Shown here: positions 24,534 to 26,141 of the stretch, in pieces
Layout of the letters: each line of letters opens with the position of its first letter
Position numbering within the stretch: position 1 is the stretch's first letter
Source: Candidatus Thorarchaeota archaeon
GTDB lineage: Archaea > Asgardarchaeota > Thorarchaeia > Thorarchaeales > Thorarchaeaceae
NCBI GenBank assembly: GCA_003345595.1
Contig: PRDI01000097.1
Coordinates: 1 to 26,141 of the forward strand
Direction of reading: 5' to 3'
DNA: 26,141 nt
Translations under genes and position numbers: made by a program
The notes under the pieces: generated by a model
The model's database searches: none
The model's input: only the letters and a program-made list of their open reading frames with translations
What the model was told of the DNA's origin: nothing

Positions 24534-26141
24534 TTGTCAGAGAAGGACGCCATCACGACCTCACTGACCGCATGTAGGTTTCAATGCATTCCTCTCGACG
24601 ATGTCCTCAACACTCTCTCTGTCGATTCGAGAGTCGGACTATCGGACGATGACGTGAGGACTCGTCTTCAGAAGTATGGACCCAATACATTGCCAAAGGT
24701 AAGAGGTTCCTTCTGGAAGGTCTATCTTGCACCCATTCTCAACTGGCTGATAAACATCTATCTCATGAGCTCAGTGGCGTTGATTGCGCTCGCATTCCTG
24801 TTTCCCTCTGGGGAGAACCAGCTGGGAGAAGCCACACTCTGGTTGAGCGTTGTGGCAATCAACTGCTTGGTGGCAATCTTCCAGCAGTACAGGGCGCAAA
24901 AGAAGCTGGAAGCACTCGAGAAGCTTTCTGCGGGTGAGTCACGAGTCATCCGTGGTGGGCGGGAGATGAAGATAGACCCCACGTTGATTGTTCCCGGCGA
25001 TATCGTCAAGCTGGAACAAGGGGACAAAGTACCGGCCGATGGGCGAATCGTTACGTCTACAAACCTCAGTACAAACGAGGCTTCATTGACTGGTGAGAGC
25101 GTTCCGAACTCGAAGGATCCCAGAGCAATCGTAGAAGCAGAGGCACCCTTGACCGACATGAAGAATATGGTCTTCTTTGGCACATATGTTTCGACCGGAA
25201 CTGCAGTCATTGCTGTGACTATGACAGGCGCGTCAACCGAGATCGGCTTGATTCAGGGCGAGCTTGAGGAACTGAACACGGGTGACATCCCGCTCCGCAA
25301 GAAGGTCAATATGCTAGCGAAGTTTCTGGGCATTGCTGCGTTGGTCCTCATGGGCGTATCGGTTCTATGGCGGACCATCATTCGTCCGATGCTCTCTGGC
25401 CAGCTTCCAAATTTCGCTCCGGCCGCAATCGCCGCCGACCTAACGGATGGGATAACAAGGGCGATGACAATAATGCCCATCAATATCCCTCTACTCACGA
25501 CGATTGTACTATTGACTGGGGTTCTTGCCATGGCGAAGAAGGCGGTGATCATCAGGGACCTATCGGCAATAGAGAGTCTCGGACGAGTGAGCGTGATATG
25601 TTCGGACAAGACCGGTACAATGACTCGTAATCAGATGACCGTCAAGTTCTGTTGGGACGGTCGGGATCTCTATACTATCACTGGTGATGGGTACGAGCCG
25701 CTAGGGGAGATATATCGGCTCAAGGATTTGCCTGTCACAGACTCGACGATTCCACCAAATGCTGTCTTGGTCAATGATGTTGAGGGCTCGAAGGGCCTGT
25801 ACAAGCTTGTGCTCTGTGGTGTGATAGACAATGATGCAGAAATCAGCCAGAAAGAGATAGTTGGGCAGGGCGTCGTATGGTTTCCAATTGGAGATCCGAC
25901 TGACGCCGCTCTCCTTGCTCTCTTCCGCAAGAGTGGTCTAGATGAGGGTGAGATCAAGAGGAAGTACAAGGTAGTGAAGGAGTTTCCATTCGAGTCGGAG
26001 CTCAAGCGAATGTCCAAAATATGCTATGACGGCCAGAAGTTCATTGTTTTTGTCAAAGGTGCGACAGAGGTCATCTTGCAGAGGTGCACAATGATCAGCA
26101 GCGGGGATCGGGCTTCGAAGCTAGCGCCTGAAACTGCGACG
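24534..26141 (+). CDS. P-type ATPase, P2-like scaffold with atypical M4 motif (3'-truncated by window edge)
   Basis: Missing from the ORF track because it has no stop in the window. TTG 24534 after GAGGGA; GLS....RLQKYGPN, VPGDIV...GDKVPADGR, LTGES (TGES 25089-25100), PINIP (25476-25490), DKTGT (25605-25619), GDPTD.AL, FPFES.LKRMS, KGA (26055-26063). Confidence 0.93.
   Translation, partial: MSEKDAITTSLTACRFQCIPLDDVLNTLSVDSRVGLSDDDVRTRLQKYGPNTLPKVRGSFWKVYLAPILNWLINIYLMSSVALIALAFLFPSGENQLGEATLWLSVVAINCLVAIFQQYRAQKKLEALEKLSAGESRVIRGGREMKIDPTLIVPGDIVKLEQGDKVPADGRIVTSTNLSTNEASLTGESVPNSKDPRAIVEAEAPLTDMKNMVFFGTYVSTGTAVIAVTMTGASTEIGLIQGELEELNTGDIPLRKKVNMLAKFLGIAALVLMGVSVLWRTIIRPMLSGQLPNFAPAAIAADLTDGITRAMTIMPINIPLLTTIVLLTGVLAMAKKAVIIRDLSAIESLGRVSVICSDKTGTMTRNQMTVKFCWDGRDLYTITGDGYEPLGEIYRLKDLPVTDSTIPPNAVLVNDVEGSKGLYKLVLCGVIDNDAEISQKEIVGQGVVWFPIGDPTDAALLALFRKSGLDEGEIKRKYKVVKEFPFESELKRMSKICYDGQKFIVFVKGATEVILQRCTMISSGDRASKLAPETAT

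Noticed and set aside
24758-26017. Minus-strand ORFs 24758-25210, 25253-25609 and 25670-26017
   Set aside because: Shadows of the P-type ATPase on the + strand.

Overview
Gene-dense archaeal chromosomal window of mid-50s % GC (estimated by eye). TATA-like boxes about 24 nt ahead of starts, GGTGA-type Shine-Dalgarno sites, DUF35, and beta-helix surface proteins with Thr-rich/TM tails point to an archaeon, most likely Asgard (Thorarchaeia-like); the lineage is inference. Order of content: two tandem surface proteins; a radical SAM enzyme; an acyl-CoA/biotin cluster (carboxyltransferase, biotin carrier, Cys-less thiolase, coiled-coil protein, DUF35, acyl-CoA dehydrogenase); a membrane protein; leuD/leuC/leuB-like genes plus a Zn-finger gene, divergent from a FAH-family gene; a GH36 alpha-galactosidase; two TPR proteins; a small membrane protein; a PHP phosphatase; a histone-H1-tail-like PAKK protein; an MFS transporter; a candidate ncRNA; an S8 protease; and a truncated P-type ATPase that the ORF track misses. 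The most notable signals are at the right end: an S8 protease with Site-1-protease (MBTPS1)-like architecture, transcribed divergently from a P2-like ATPase whose M4 motif is PINIP (Ile in place of the ion-binding Glu, as in P4 flippases), next to a self-contained ~90-nt hairpin RNA and the H1-like protein. No tRNA, rRNA, CRISPR array or mobile element was seen. All family assignments are from motif recognition, not database searches.
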